NCBI GenBank assembly: GCA_965216065.1
Contig: CBDCFB010000001.1
Coordinates: forward strand, 1,442,218 to 1,506,217
DNA length: 64,000 nucleotides
From: Dehalococcoidia bacterium
Lineage (GTDB): Bacteria; Chloroflexota; Dehalococcoidia; Lucifugimonadales; UBA3495
Reading direction: 5' to 3'
Positions within the stretch are counted from its first letter, which is position 1. Every line of letters starts with the position of its first letter. Position numbers and translations under genes: made by a program. Below, in pieces: positions 16,507 through 26,510 of this stretch. The notes beneath the pieces are model-generated. The model worked only from the letters and a program-made list of their open reading frames with translations, did not search any database and had not been told where the DNA came from.

Positions 16507-17787
16507 ATGGCCAATGTGCGCGCGTTTCGAGGTTGGCGTTACAACCCCGCCATGGTTGAAGACATGGCGGCAGTGCTCTGTCCGCCCTACGACATGATTA
16601 CCCCATTGATTCAGCAGGCGCTGATGGACCGGCACCCCCTGAATGTAATCAACCTGGAGGCGGGCGAGGGCCTGGATTGGGCATCCGATCCGGCGGACCG
16701 TTACAAGGAAACCGCCGGGCGCTTCGAGGAGTGGCTCAAGGAAGGCGTGCTGCAGCAGGACGATGAGCCAGCCTATTACCTGATGCGCCACGGCTTTACG
16801 CTTGGAGGCCAGCAGCGGTCACGTCTGGGTCTGATAGCGTGCGTTGGGATCGAGGATTACGACACACGGCAGGTACTACCCCACGAGTTCACCGAGGCGC
16901 CGGTGGTGCGCGACCGCGTGAAGCTGATGGGATCGGTCTCTGCGAACATCAGCCCCATCATGTCGATCTACAGGGACGCAGACAACGAACTGGCGGCCCT
17001 GTTCGAGCAGGTCATGGCCCAGGATCCCGAGGTGGACGCCAGGGATGAGTTCGGCTCGGATGCCACCATGTGGCGCATTGCGGACCCGGAAAGCGTGACC
17101 GCTATCAGCCGGTTCTTCTCAACCCGGCCGGTATTCCTGGCAGACGGGCATCACCGGTACGAGGCGTCGCGGCACTACCGGATGGCCCGGCAGGCTGAGG
17201 GGGCGGATTCGTCGTCGAGTGCACACAACTATGTGATGATGACGCTGATCGCATTCGACGACCCCGGCCTCGTTGTGCTGCCGTATCATCGCAATCTGAG
17301 CGGCCTGAACGACTGGCAGCTGGCGAGGGTGAAGGAACGGCTGAACGAGGTGTTCGAGACTGAACCTATGGAAGGACGTTCAGCCGAAGAGATCGTGGCG
17401 CTGGTGGAGGAGCGGGGGCGCTCCGGGCGGGTGATGGCCGCGCTGGGGCCCGATGGAGCACAGCTGCTCACGCTGCGCCCATCTGCCATCGGCGACGACT
17501 GGGGCGCGATGGCGGTGTCGGAAGCGTGGGTGCTGGAGGAGAGAATCCTCCGCCCGGAGCTGGGCGAGGCCACATGGCACCACCTGGGTTTCCTGCACGA
17601 CCACGATGAGGCGGCAGAGGGTGTGGCCGATGGGTCGCTGCAGATGGCCTTCCTGATGAAGCCCTTCCCCATGGACGCATTCGAGGACATCGTCGGGCAG
17701 GGGCAGCGGCTGCCGCGAAAGTCCACCTTCTTCTACCCCAAGCTGCCAACGGGGCTGGTCATCAACCGGATAGACGGGGAGATCTAG
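16507..17787 (+). CDS. DUF1015 family protein
   Basis: 426 aa with MANVRAFRGWRYNP... and FLADGHHRYEAS, typical of DUF1015. Confidence 0.75.
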   Translation: MANVRAFRGWRYNPAMVEDMAAVLCPPYDMITPLIQQALMDRHPLNVINLEAGEGLDWASDPADRYKETAGRFEEWLKEGVLQQDDEPAYYLMRHGFTLGGQQRSRLGLIACVGIEDYDTRQVLPHEFTEAPVVRDRVKLMGSVSANISPIMSIYRDADNELAALFEQVMAQDPEVDARDEFGSDATMWRIADPESVTAISRFFSTRPVFLADGHHRYEASRHYRMARQAEGADSSSSAHNYVMMTLIAFDDPGLVVLPYHRNLSGLNDWQLARVKERLNEVFETEPMEGRSAEEIVALVEERGRSGRVMAALGPDGAQLLTLRPSAIGDDWGAMAVSEAWVLEERILRPELGEATWHHLGFLHDHDEAAEGVADGSLQMAFLMKPFPMDAFEDIVGQGQRLPRKSTFFYPKLPTGLVINRIDGEI

Positions 17788-17845
17788 CAGCAGGCGGGAG
17801 ATAGTGTCTGAGTGACAGGCATTCCAGGTGCCTGAGGTGCCAAGT

Positions 17846-18982
17846 ATGACCGGCCTGATTGCAGTTTTGTTCACCTTTGCTTTCATGCTGGGCGCCTGCA
17901 TGGAAGAATCCGGACAGCCTGGCTCCGGCAGCGGAACTCAGACCGTCAAGACTCCCGACGCGGCCGTTACGGGTACGGTCACCTACAGGGAGCGACTGGC
18001 ACTCACCGATGGGGCCAGGCTCATCGTCGAACTGCGAGATGTGTCTCTGGCCGATGCCGCCGCTCCTCTCATCGCCAGCCAGACGATCGAGAACCCGGGA
18101 CAGGTCCCCATCGGGTTCAGGGTCGAATACGATAGCAAAGACATCAACCCTCGAAACACATACTCCGTGAGCGCCCGCATCGTCGAAAGAGACGGGCGGC
18201 TGGCCTTCACCAACGACACGGCCTACGAGGTGATAACACGGGGCAATCCAAGCAGAGTCGACATGCTGCTGGTGCTGGTGCAACCCCCACCGGAAGCGGT
18301 CGAGGAAGGAAAAGACTGGCGCACCTGGGTGGAGACCCCTGCCCGGATTGCCCGGGCGAACCTGATGAGAAGCGAACGGGAACCCCTGATCCGAGTCCAC
18401 TACTACCAGTCTACTATTGAAGGTTGCGCCCGCCGAGGGAACGAGTCCCTGGAATTGGAAGGGACCGACTTCATGGTGAGCGTAACCCTGATTCAGCCGC
18501 CTTCCACACCATGGGCCATTCCCTGCGAGGATGAGGTCGTGGAGTTGGACGCGGTGTTTCCGCTCGAGGAAGCGCTGAAGCCAGGCCAGACTTACCGGGT
18601 CGTCGTCAACGGCTGGCCGTTCGCTGCTTTCACCGTACCCGACGAGGAGTTCCACATCTCCGCCATAGCCGAATCCCACATCCTGCGAGCCGGGGTGGAA
18701 GAGGTGGAGGAGGAACCCGCGAATTATGAACTGACCGTGGTCTCATCAAGGCCTGTCGGGAGCAGTTGCTCCCGCTTCGACGGGTACGAGACGCGCCGGC
18801 AGCAGGACCGCCGGATCGATGTCAGCATCACCCACCACCAGGTCACCGCTTCCGGGATCGCCTGCACCAAGGATGTCCCGTTGGACGAGACCATTGTGCC
18901 CCTGGGGTCCTATTTCGAGGCCGGAGAAGAGTACGAGGTGGTCGTCAATTCGGACACCACAGTGTCATTCCTGGCCCGGTAA
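17846..18982 (+). CDS. lipoprotein with YbaY-like N-terminal domain
   Basis: Signal peptide plus lipobox FMLGAC. The segment VTGTVTYRERLALTDGARLIVELRDVSLADA resembles YbaY. Confidence 0.6.
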   Translation: MTGLIAVLFTFAFMLGACMEESGQPGSGSGTQTVKTPDAAVTGTVTYRERLALTDGARLIVELRDVSLADAAAPLIASQTIENPGQVPIGFRVEYDSKDINPRNTYSVSARIVERDGRLAFTNDTAYEVITRGNPSRVDMLLVLVQPPPEAVEEGKDWRTWVETPARIARANLMRSEREPLIRVHYYQSTIEGCARRGNESLELEGTDFMVSVTLIQPPSTPWAIPCEDEVVELDAVFPLEEALKPGQTYRVVVNGWPFAAFTVPDEEFHISAIAESHILRAGVEEVEEEPANYELTVVSSRPVGSSCSRFDGYETRRQQDRRIDVSITHHQVTASGIACTKDVPLDETIVPLGSYFEAGEEYEVVVNSDTTVSFLAR

Positions 18983-19064
18983 TCCTGGCGAGAGCGCCTC
19001 GGCCCAATTCTTGAGTACAATGGCGGGAACAACGTACGATTGAGTCGATGTCCGGAGGGGCATT

Positions 19065-20210
19065 ATGAAAAGAAGCGGGTCCAAGATTCTGACCACCCAC
19101 ACCGGCAGCCTGCCCCGGTCCCCACAGCTTCAGGAACTGCTGCGGGAACGGGAAGAACAGCGTGAATACGATCCTGGCAAGTTCGCCGATGGTGTGCGGG
19201 ATGGAGTTGCCGAAACGGTGGCCCGGCAGCAGTCCATTGGCATCGACGTGGTGAACGACGGCGAGCAGGGCCGGTCGCAATACGCCACCTATGTTAAGGA
19301 GCGCCTCACCGGATTCGAGGGGGAGCGCATGGTCCGCGCCCGCCCACGACTGGACGACGCCGACTTCCCGGAATTCGCCGCCACGCAGACCCACTTCTCT
19401 TCCCGCAACCTGCCCCAGCCGGCCTGCACCGGCCCCATATCCTGGAAGGACTGGCCTGCGGTGCTGCAGGATATCCAGAACCTGAAGGAAGCAACGGCGG
19501 ACTCCACCGTCGAAGAGGTGTTCATGACGGCGGCCTCGCCCGGCGTCATCGCCAACTTCCTCCCCAACGAGTACCACCCCAGCGAGGAGGCCTATCTCTA
19601 CGCCTTGGCCGATGTGATGAAGGACGAGTACAAGGCCATAGCCGATGCGGGGTTCCTGCTCCAGATCGACTGCCCCGACCTGGCGATGACCCGGGTGACC
19701 CAGTTCTCTCACCTGTCGCAAGAGGAGTTCAAGAAGATAGTCGAACTCCATGTGGAGGTGGTCAACTACGCCCTGCAAGACATGGACCCGGAACGCATGC
19801 GGCTCCATCTCTGCTGGGGGAACACCGAAGGCCCCCACCACCACGACATACCGCTCCGGGAGATCGTGGAAATCGTGCTGAAAGCCAGGCCCCTCGGCCT
19901 GTCCTTCGAGGGCGCCAACCCGCGCCACGCCCACGAGTGGAAGGTGTGGGAGGATGTGAAGCTGCCCGATGGCAAGCTGCTCATCCCTGGCGTGCTGGAT
20001 ACCACTACCAACTTCATCGAGCACCCGGAGCTGATAGCCCAGCGCATTGCCAACTACGCCAATGCGGTGGGGCGGGAGAACGTGATGGCCAGCAGCGACT
20101 GCGGCTTCGGCACCTCGGCTTGGGGCCGAAAGGTGGAGGCCAGCATCGCCTGGGCCAAGCTTGCCTCCATGGTTGAGGGGGCGCGGCTCGCCTCGAACGA
20201 ACTGTGGTAG
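19065..20210 (+). CDS. cobalamin-independent methionine synthase (MetE C-terminal-like) family protein
   Basis: 381 aa with ILTTHTGSLPR near the N-terminus and SSDCGFG near the C-terminus. Confidence 0.75.
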   Translation: MKRSGSKILTTHTGSLPRSPQLQELLREREEQREYDPGKFADGVRDGVAETVARQQSIGIDVVNDGEQGRSQYATYVKERLTGFEGERMVRARPRLDDADFPEFAATQTHFSSRNLPQPACTGPISWKDWPAVLQDIQNLKEATADSTVEEVFMTAASPGVIANFLPNEYHPSEEAYLYALADVMKDEYKAIADAGFLLQIDCPDLAMTRVTQFSHLSQEEFKKIVELHVEVVNYALQDMDPERMRLHLCWGNTEGPHHHDIPLREIVEIVLKARPLGLSFEGANPRHAHEWKVWEDVKLPDGKLLIPGVLDTTTNFIEHPELIAQRIANYANAVGRENVMASSDCGFGTSAWGRKVEASIAWAKLASMVEGARLASNELW

Positions 20211-20243
20211 GACTCCAATCATCCATGCAGGAGCAGTTTCATC

Positions 20244-21656
20244 GTGTCTGACCAAGCGCTGAAGACGATACTCTCGACCGTCGGCTGGGACCCGGCTCTG
20301 GCCGGCGGCGTGGAGATTTCGGACCACCGAGACCCCATCCTGCCGACTCCCTTCAGGATCGGGGAGACTGCGGCAGTAAGCCTGGCCGCTGTGGGACTTG
20401 CCGTGAACGACCTGTGGGAACTGAAGACAGGGCGCAGGCAGGAGGTCAAGGTCGACTTCCGTCGGGCCACGGCCTCCCTGCGAAGCGGCAAGTACCTGGT
20501 GATGGATGGCACGCCGGTCGCTGCGGAACGAACCCCGGTCATGGGCGTGTACCCCACGAAGGACGGCCGCTGGTCCTACCTGCACTGCAACTTCCCCAAT
20601 CACCGGGATGCGGCCCTCGGCGTGCTGGGCGTGCCGGAGGACCGCGAGGCGGTGCGCCAGGCCGTTCTGGGCTGGAACGCGCTGGAGCTGGAGGAAGCCA
20701 TCATCGCCGCCAATGGAGCCGGCGGCATGGTCCGTTCCATGGAGGAATGGGCCCGCCACCCGCAGTCGGCTGCCGTGTCGTCGTTGCCCCTCCTCGAGAT
20801 CGAAAAGATTGCCGACAGTCCTCCTCAGCCCATGCCGGAAGGGTCCAGGCCTCTGTCGGGTATCCGGGTGCTGGACCTGACCCGCGTGCTGGCTGGCCCT
20901 ACCTGCGCCCGCACGCTGGCCGAGCACGGCGCTGATGTGATGAAGATCAGCGGCCCCCACCTGCCTTTCAGCCCGACCCAGGAGTTGGACACCGGTCACG
21001 GCAAGCTCTCCGCGCACATTGACCTGAGGAACGACCAGGATACCGAGACTCTGAGAGGACTTGTCCGGGAAGCCGATGTGTTCTCCCAGGGATACCGGCC
21101 CGGCACTCTGGCGCAGCGAGGTCTGGCGCCGGAACAACTGGCCGCCATCAGGCCGGGGATCGTCTATGTGTCGCTGTCCGCCTTCGGACGAGTGGGGCCA
21201 TGGGCCGAGCGTCGAGGCTTCGATACCGTGGTGCAGACGGTCAGCGGGATAACCAACCGGCAGGGAGAGCTGTTTCCCGGAGCAGAGCCGGGGCCGCAGT
21301 TCTACCCGGTGTCGGCCATCGACTACCTTACCGGATACCTGATGGCCTTCGGGGCCATGGTCGCCCTCGCCCGCCGGGCACGGGAAGGCGGCAGCTGGCT
21401 GGTCAGGGCGTCTCTGGCCCAGACGGGCCGCTGGCTCGTCGACCGCGGCCAAGTGCCGGAGGCGGAACTTGCCGGCATACCGGAGGACTTCAGCCAGGAT
21501 GAGATTCAGCGCTGGTCGACGACCACAACGATACCGGGGGCGAGTCTGAACCACCTCGCGCCGGTGCTGGGTCTGTCGGAGACCACGCCCCGCTGGGAAA
21601 GGCCCACGGTGCCCCTTGGCTACCACGAACCGGCATGGCCCGGAGTGTCGGCCTAG
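20244..21656 (+). CDS. CoA transferase family III (CaiB/BaiF) protein
   Basis: 470 aa with GIRVLDLTRVLAGPTCARTLAEHGADVMKI. Confidence 0.85.
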   Translation: MSDQALKTILSTVGWDPALAGGVEISDHRDPILPTPFRIGETAAVSLAAVGLAVNDLWELKTGRRQEVKVDFRRATASLRSGKYLVMDGTPVAAERTPVMGVYPTKDGRWSYLHCNFPNHRDAALGVLGVPEDREAVRQAVLGWNALELEEAIIAANGAGGMVRSMEEWARHPQSAAVSSLPLLEIEKIADSPPQPMPEGSRPLSGIRVLDLTRVLAGPTCARTLAEHGADVMKISGPHLPFSPTQELDTGHGKLSAHIDLRNDQDTETLRGLVREADVFSQGYRPGTLAQRGLAPEQLAAIRPGIVYVSLSAFGRVGPWAERRGFDTVVQTVSGITNRQGELFPGAEPGPQFYPVSAIDYLTGYLMAFGAMVALARRAREGGSWLVRASLAQTGRWLVDRGQVPEAELAGIPEDFSQDEIQRWSTTTTIPGASLNHLAPVLGLSETTPRWERPTVPLGYHEPAWPGVSA

Positions 21657-21723
21657 ATAGACTGCGACCGGCGCAGGGGCGGCGCTATAAAGTTGCTGGC
21701 TCCATGTGAGTCCCAGCAGCGAT

Positions 21724-21750
21724 AAGGGCGGAGGAAATGCCTCCGCCCTT
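21724..21750. terminator. hairpin between convergent genes (weak terminator)
   Basis: AAGGGCGGAGG pairs with CCTCCGCCCTT. No clear T-tract. Confidence 0.4.
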
Positions 21751-21810
21751 ACTCTCGGTGCAAATATGCAGCCTTTACCCGACCCCGCTGCGAGGCCCCG
21801 GCGAGTGGTG

Positions 21811-22824
21811 CTACCGGCTCAACTCGTAGCGGTAGCCGGAGTGGGTGCCGCGGTCAGGCACGGCAGTGGGGCTGGCCGCCGGGAAGGGGTAGGAAGGGTC
21901 GACGGCCTTCCCTCCCAGGGTGTTGCGGACCGTGCCGATGCCCTCGACTTCCATCTCTACAACATCGCCGGGCTCGAGGAAGCGGGCCGCCTCGTATCCC
22001 TTGCGGATGGCCTCGCGAACCGAGCCTCCGCCCACGGTGCCACTGCCGATGACATCGCCGGGGGCGATGCGGCTGTCCTTGGAAGCCCGCTGAACGATCT
22101 CGCCCCAGGTGTAGTAGGCCATGGAGGCGTCGCCGTTGGTAAGCCAGGACTCGCCATTCACCCGCACCTGGCACTTGACGGTCAGGCGCCCGTCGCGGAT
22201 GTAAGGGGCCAGCTCGTCGGTGGTTACCATCCAGGGCCCGAGGGTGCTGGCCGTGTCCTTGCCCTTGGCTGGGCCGAGGCCGAAGGCCATCTCATCGAAC
22301 TGCACGTCGCGGGCGCTCCAGTCGTTGAAGATGCAGAAGCCCGCGATGTGCGAGAGCGCGTCCCTGGGATCGACGTCGACCCCGTTCTTTCCGATGACCG
22401 CCCCGAGCTCCATCTCGTAGTCGTACTGGTCGGACGTCGAGGGGAAGGGAACGGTGTCGTCCGGCCCGTAGATGCAGAGAGTGTTGGAGAAGTAGAACAC
22501 CGGCATCCGGTACCAGACTTCGTTTGGCTCCCGGGTTCCCTGCGAGCTGGCGTGCTCCTCGTAGACGATGAAGTCGCGCACCGTCGGCGGCTGCAGGATG
22601 GGCGAGCGGAGCCGCACGGCGTCAAGGGCAACGGCCGGGGCCGCAGCACCCCCGGCCAGCGCATCGCCGACCCGGTCGACGGAAGACTCGTCCAGCGCCA
22701 GGAGCGCCCCCACATCCCGTACAGTTCGCTGCTCGCCCAGCAGCGCAGTTACATCCACGATACCATCGCCCTGCAGAACCCCGCAGCGCGGCCCGTTGCC
22801 AGTGTGGTAAGTCAGCAGTTTCAT
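21811..22824 (-). CDS. fumarylacetoacetate hydrolase (FAH) family protein
   Basis: 337 aa with an FAH C-terminal domain pattern (GDVVEMEVEGIGTVRNTL). Confidence 0.8.
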   Translation of the reverse strand: MKLLTYHTGNGPRCGVLQGDGIVDVTALLGEQRTVRDVGALLALDESSVDRVGDALAGGAAAPAVALDAVRLRSPILQPPTVRDFIVYEEHASSQGTREPNEVWYRMPVFYFSNTLCIYGPDDTVPFPSTSDQYDYEMELGAVIGKNGVDVDPRDALSHIAGFCIFNDWSARDVQFDEMAFGLGPAKGKDTASTLGPWMVTTDELAPYIRDGRLTVKCQVRVNGESWLTNGDASMAYYTWGEIVQRASKDSRIAPGDVIGSGTVGGGSVREAIRKGYEAARFLEPGDVVEMEVEGIGTVRNTLGGKAVDPSYPFPAASPTAVPDRGTHSGYRYELSR

Positions 22825-22927
22825 GCTGGTCTCTCCGAATCTTAATCTGTATCTAATCTGTAATAAGGAAGGGCACGGGCGGCCCGCCTATCCGGATGCC
22901 ATCCCGTGCCCCTGGTCTCAACCGTTC

Positions 22928-23545
22928 CTAGTGCATCGGCGAGAACTTGGCCGGGATCATGATCTTGTTTTCCTGGGAGACGCGGCCGGGGGCGCCGCTG
23001 GGCCACTGGGGGATCTTGCTGGCCTCCGCACGGACTTCGGAGCGGTGATTGAGGCTCTTGTACGGCCAGATGTGCATCCACTTGTTCAGTCCGCCGAACT
23101 CCGTGTGCATCCCGGCGGCAAGGGGCGAGAACTCCTCCCGGTAGGGAATGGATTCGGCCCAGCGGCGCAGCAGTTCGGGGATGGAGCCCGGCTGGTAGGT
23201 GTAGACCCTCATCTCGTAGATGTTGCCCAGTTCCTGGTCTCCTCCCATGGGCCGCATGAAGGGAGCCGGCTGCCAAACCTCGGCGTTCATGTGCAGGATG
23301 TTGCCCGGGGTGATCTTCGGGGGCCAGTTGGCTTCCTTGGCGGCGGCTTCTCGAACCTTCGCCCGCTCTTCCAGGCTCTCGTATCCCCAGACATGAATGA
23401 TCTGGTTCAGCGGCCCGATGTCGGTGTGCCAGAACGCGGCAATGGGCGAATACTTTTCGCGATACGGAAGCGCCTCTGCAAAAGCCTCCTCGGCCTGTTC
23501 AACCGCACCGGGCTTCATGTCGTAAGTCCGAACTTCGTAAATCAT
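22928..23545 (-). CDS. NIPSNAP family protein (two domains)
   Basis: 205 aa made of two halves, each starting YEVRTY / YEMRVY. Confidence 0.8.
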   Translation of the reverse strand: MIYEVRTYDMKPGAVEQAEEAFAEALPYREKYSPIAAFWHTDIGPLNQIIHVWGYESLEERAKVREAAAKEANWPPKITPGNILHMNAEVWQPAPFMRPMGGDQELGNIYEMRVYTYQPGSIPELLRRWAESIPYREEFSPLAAGMHTEFGGLNKWMHIWPYKSLNHRSEVRAEASKIPQWPSGAPGRVSQENKIMIPAKFSPMH

Positions 23546-23656
23546 GCCCTCTCCTTCTTGTCATTAACTGTCTACAGATCGCGGAAAGTGTAGCAACCAC
23601 GCAGATGGGCGGCAAGCACGAGATGGTCAGGGCGAAAGCGGTGCCGCCGGTTCTTC

Positions 23657-23686
23657 CCCACTGCTATCATTCCCACTGCTATCATT
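23657..23686. repeat. 15-bp tandem direct repeat CCCACTGCTATCATT x2 in a divergent promoter region
   Basis: Read directly from the sequence. Both copies are perfect. Confidence 0.9.
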
Positions 23687-23733
23687 TACCCTGAATTTTT
23701 TTACCACGACTACCACTACCCGGAGGTCGAAGC

Positions 23734-24486
23734 ATGACCCAATCGGCAGGCTCAGGGCAGGCTCAGGAGCTGGGGCGCATCGACCGCCCATCGGCGGCCC
23801 AGTACAGCGGCCGCCGCAAGCTGATCCTGGTTCCGCTGGTCTACAGTCCCGCGGCCGACGATCCGGCAGGGGCCGCTGCGCTGCAGAACTACTGGGAGCA
23901 GGCCCAGACCCAGGTTGCCGCCCTGGAGAACGCTCTGGGCGGCCTGCACCGCGTGTACCACGAGAGCATCACCGCAGGGGCAGAGGAAGGCCTCCAGCAA
24001 CTGCAGGCCGGCGACCGCCGAAGCCACAGCCTGGTGTCGCGGAAGTGCGGCCCTTCGGCAGGCTCAGGAGGCGCCGTGCTGGAGGCCACTGAGGACATGG
24101 AAATCCTCCTGGAGACGCTGGACCTGCAGCGCTGCCTCATGATGCCCTTGGCCAGTCCGTCGGTTGCCGCCCGGTTGAACGAATGGTACGCGGAGACCAA
24201 CCGCCGGCGCTACGAGCACATCGCGTCCCGGATCGACGCGACGCTGGAGGAAAACGGTGTGGGGCTTCTGCTGATCAGCGAGCGGCACCAGGTGCAGTTT
24301 CCGTCGGACATCGAGGTATTCTATGTCTCGCCGCCGGCCCTCGACGAGTTCCGACGCTGGCTCCAGAACTGGGCGGCCCGCCAGCAGCAGGCAGCCGCCG
24401 CTGAGGCAGCCGCGGCGTATCCCGAGCCTGAATCCGTACAGGACCCGGCCGGCGACGATGCTCCAATTGACACCCCGCCGGAGTGA
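23734..24486 (+). CDS. hypothetical protein (250 aa)
   Basis: ORF-track ORF with a GGAGG RBS upstream. No family recognised. Ala/Gln-rich C-terminus. Confidence 0.55.
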   Translation: MTQSAGSGQAQELGRIDRPSAAQYSGRRKLILVPLVYSPAADDPAGAAALQNYWEQAQTQVAALENALGGLHRVYHESITAGAEEGLQQLQAGDRRSHSLVSRKCGPSAGSGGAVLEATEDMEILLETLDLQRCLMMPLASPSVAARLNEWYAETNRRRYEHIASRIDATLEENGVGLLLISERHQVQFPSDIEVFYVSPPALDEFRRWLQNWAARQQQAAAAEAAAAYPEPESVQDPAGDDAPIDTPPE

Positions 24487-24565
24487 TTACATACTGGCGA
24501 AGACCCTCCAGATGCGAAATCCGGATGAGAAATCCGGCCAAGCTGGGCCGGTACAGGGGCGCACT

Positions 24566-25744
24566 ATGAATCGTGAGTTTTTCTTCTTCACCGAGATGGG
24601 CTACACAGCTTATCCGCAGGACGAGGCCAAGCGTCTCGGCTACAACAACCTGATGTATCCCAACGAGCACTTCAGCCCGGAGAAGGCGCAGGAACTGTAC
24701 GGCATGTACTTCGACGAGCTGCAGTACTGCACCGAATCAGGATTCGACGGGGTGATGATCAACGAGCATCACAACAACCCGCTGTGCATGATGCCTTCGG
24801 TGAATGTCATCGGCTCGGTGCTGGCCTCGCGGACCAAGCAGGGCAAGATTGTGTTCCTGGGCAACGTGCTGCCGATTCACGAAAACCCCCTCCGCATCGC
24901 CGAGGAAATCGCGATGATCGACATCCTGTCGGGCGGGCGCGTGGTGTGCGGTTTCGTGCGGGGCATCGGCCAGGAGAGCATGGCCACCAACACCAACCCG
25001 CTCTACAACCGTGAGCGCTTCGACGAGGCCCACAATGTCATCGTGGATGCCTGGACGAAGCCCGGCCCCTTCCGGTACGAGGGCACGCACTATCACTACC
25101 GGGTGGTGAACCCGTGGGTGATGCCGTTGCAGAAGCCGCACCCGCCCATCTGGATTCCCGGCGTGGCGTCGCCTGAATCGGTCATCTGGGCCGCCAAGCA
25201 CAAGTATCCGTATGTGGCGCTGGCGCCGCCCCTGCAGTTGCTGTCCGACATCTACAAGCTGTACCAGAACACCGCTGAGGCTGACGGTTGGACACCCACT
25301 CCGGAGCACCGGGGCTACGCCGTGCGGGTGGCGGTGGCCGACTCTGACGAAAAGGCCTACGAGGAAGGCAAGAACTTCTATTGGCAGCTGGGCACTTCAT
25401 TCGGAGTGACCCCCAACCACTGGCTGGCCCCGCCTGGATACCTGACCCGCGCCGCCGCCACCGGCGCCCGGGAACAGGCCCGCCGCGCCGTGCAGACCGT
25501 CGTACCCGGCGGACCCGTCCTTCCATACGACGACGCCCAGGAGACGTTCCAGATAGTGACCGGCAATCCGGACACGGTCATCAAGAAGATGAAGCACCTC
25601 ATCGACATCATCGACCCGGGCCACATCATCTTCTGGGGCCGCGAGGGTCACATGTCGCACGATGTGGCGGTCCGCAACATCGACCTGATGACCCAGGAGG
25701 TCATCCCGGCCCTCCGCGAGTACGAGGCGCAGCGAGAGGGGTAG
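24566..25744 (+). CDS. LLM-class (luciferase-like) flavin-dependent monooxygenase
   Basis: ORF 24323..25744 trimmed to ATG 24566 (MNREFFFFTEMGY...). Motif GFDGVMINEHH. Confidence 0.8.
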   Translation: MNREFFFFTEMGYTAYPQDEAKRLGYNNLMYPNEHFSPEKAQELYGMYFDELQYCTESGFDGVMINEHHNNPLCMMPSVNVIGSVLASRTKQGKIVFLGNVLPIHENPLRIAEEIAMIDILSGGRVVCGFVRGIGQESMATNTNPLYNRERFDEAHNVIVDAWTKPGPFRYEGTHYHYRVVNPWVMPLQKPHPPIWIPGVASPESVIWAAKHKYPYVALAPPLQLLSDIYKLYQNTAEADGWTPTPEHRGYAVRVAVADSDEKAYEEGKNFYWQLGTSFGVTPNHWLAPPGYLTRAAATGAREQARRAVQTVVPGGPVLPYDDAQETFQIVTGNPDTVIKKMKHLIDIIDPGHIIFWGREGHMSHDVAVRNIDLMTQEVIPALREYEAQREG

Positions 25745-25766
25745 AAACGGCCCCGAGCTCAGGCCG

Positions 25767-25890
25767 TAGGGTTTTTTAGTTGTCGACTAACCCGTTGGTC
25801 CTGAGCCTGTCGAAGGGCCGTCCGCCCATGGTTCGACAAGCTCGCCACGAACGGACTCGCAAGGTTGCCATAGACAACTAAAAGACCCTG
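25767..25890. mobile_element. MITE-like element type A' (LSNH core), degenerate left end
   Basis: Ends are TAGGGTTTTTTAGT... and ...ACTAAAAGACCCTG. The core is homologous to 34153..34276 and 63118..63260. Flanks match at 7 of 10 positions. Confidence 0.65.
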
Positions 25891-26167
25891 GTTTAGTCCG
25901 AACGCAGCTTTCCCAGCCGTGGTATACTGCCGCCAATTCCACTTGGCGATACTGCGAACCTGAAGCATTTAAGCTTACCGGGCCCCGTGCCCCCCTTTCT
26001 GGGTTTTAGGGTCGTGGTCTCTGTGGTAGTCATGCCAACCCTTCCTCTCTGACAAGGGGGTCTATTGTGACACTTGTGGTGCGCCTTTTCCGCTCTCCCC
26101 TGCGCCGCACCGCCTACCCGCCTACCCGCTAAATAACGCCGACCCCGCCATTAGCAATGGCGGGGTC

Positions 26168-26330
26168 GGTGCGTTTAGGCGCACCGCCGAAGCGGGGACC
26201 CCACAGCCCGGTAAGGCCGATGGCCGTATCTGTCCGTCTCAGGCCGACGGGCGGAACAACGATGGCGGTGGGGTCAAAGGGGCAAGGTCGGTTGCCTCCC
26301 GTAAGGCGAGTCTGGCTTCACAGCGAGGAC
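26168..26330 (+). ncRNA. structured 5' leader; tentative ydaO/c-di-AMP-riboswitch-like element
   Basis: AGCGGGGACCCCAC (26194..26207 approx) and GGUGGGGUCAAAGG are present. GACCCCAC (26198..26205) is perfectly complementary to GUGGGGUC (26268..26275). A CCUCCCGUAAGGCG tail follows. The second pseudo-symmetric half looks short. Confidence 0.3.
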
Positions 26331-26335
26331 TCCTC

Positions 26336-26491
26336 ATGATGAATTGGTTGAAGCAGCACGAATGGGTCCAAGACAGCGACAGCAGCGTCACTGAAGTGGT
26401 CAGCTTCCTGTCCTTCTTGGCAATGCCCGGGTGCGTTTTCGGTGCCATCATAGAGCGACTGTTTTTCAACGACACATTTAAAGGCGGCTGA
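26336..26491 (+). CDS. small hypothetical protein (51 aa, hydrophobic centre)
   Basis: Below the ORF-track cutoff. GAGGA RBS 6 nt before the ATG. Sequence is MMNWLKQHEWVQDSDSSVTEVVSFLSFLAMPGCVFGAIIERLFFNDTFKGG. Followed by a strong terminator. Confidence 0.35.
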   Translation: MMNWLKQHEWVQDSDSSVTEVVSFLSFLAMPGCVFGAIIERLFFNDTFKGG

Positions 26492-26510
26492 AATCCCAGT
26501 GTCAACGAAT

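Noticed and set aside
18945-21626. 893-aa minus-strand ORF and other very long alternate-strand ORFs (for example 7066..8286+, 2349..3308-, 30255..31520-, 35894..36952-, 38243..39136-, 40784..41593-, 52829..53968+).
   Set aside because: They are shadow ORFs typical of high-GC DNA. Their translations are Arg/Gly/Pro/Ala/His-rich low-complexity sequence with no motifs. Each overlaps a well-supported, motif-bearing gene on the other strand or in another frame.
24323-24565. N-terminal extensions offered by the ORF track: LLM 24323, argJ 16450, rsmG 2464, MBL 27522, GT2 58439, actE 42683.
   Set aside because: The extensions are Arg/Pro/Ser-rich with no homology-like pattern. They overlap neighbouring genes or repeats. 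Internal ATGs with RBS give proteins that start at the conserved N-terminus of each family.
25980-26140. A possible tRNA, tRNA-Sec, tmRNA, RNase P or SRP RNA in the large gene-poor gap.
   Set aside because: I could not find a cloverleaf, a T-loop GTTCGAATC-type box, a tmRNA tag or CCA end, or the conserved RNase P/SRP motifs. Only the downstream part (26168..26330) shows convincing long-range pairing.
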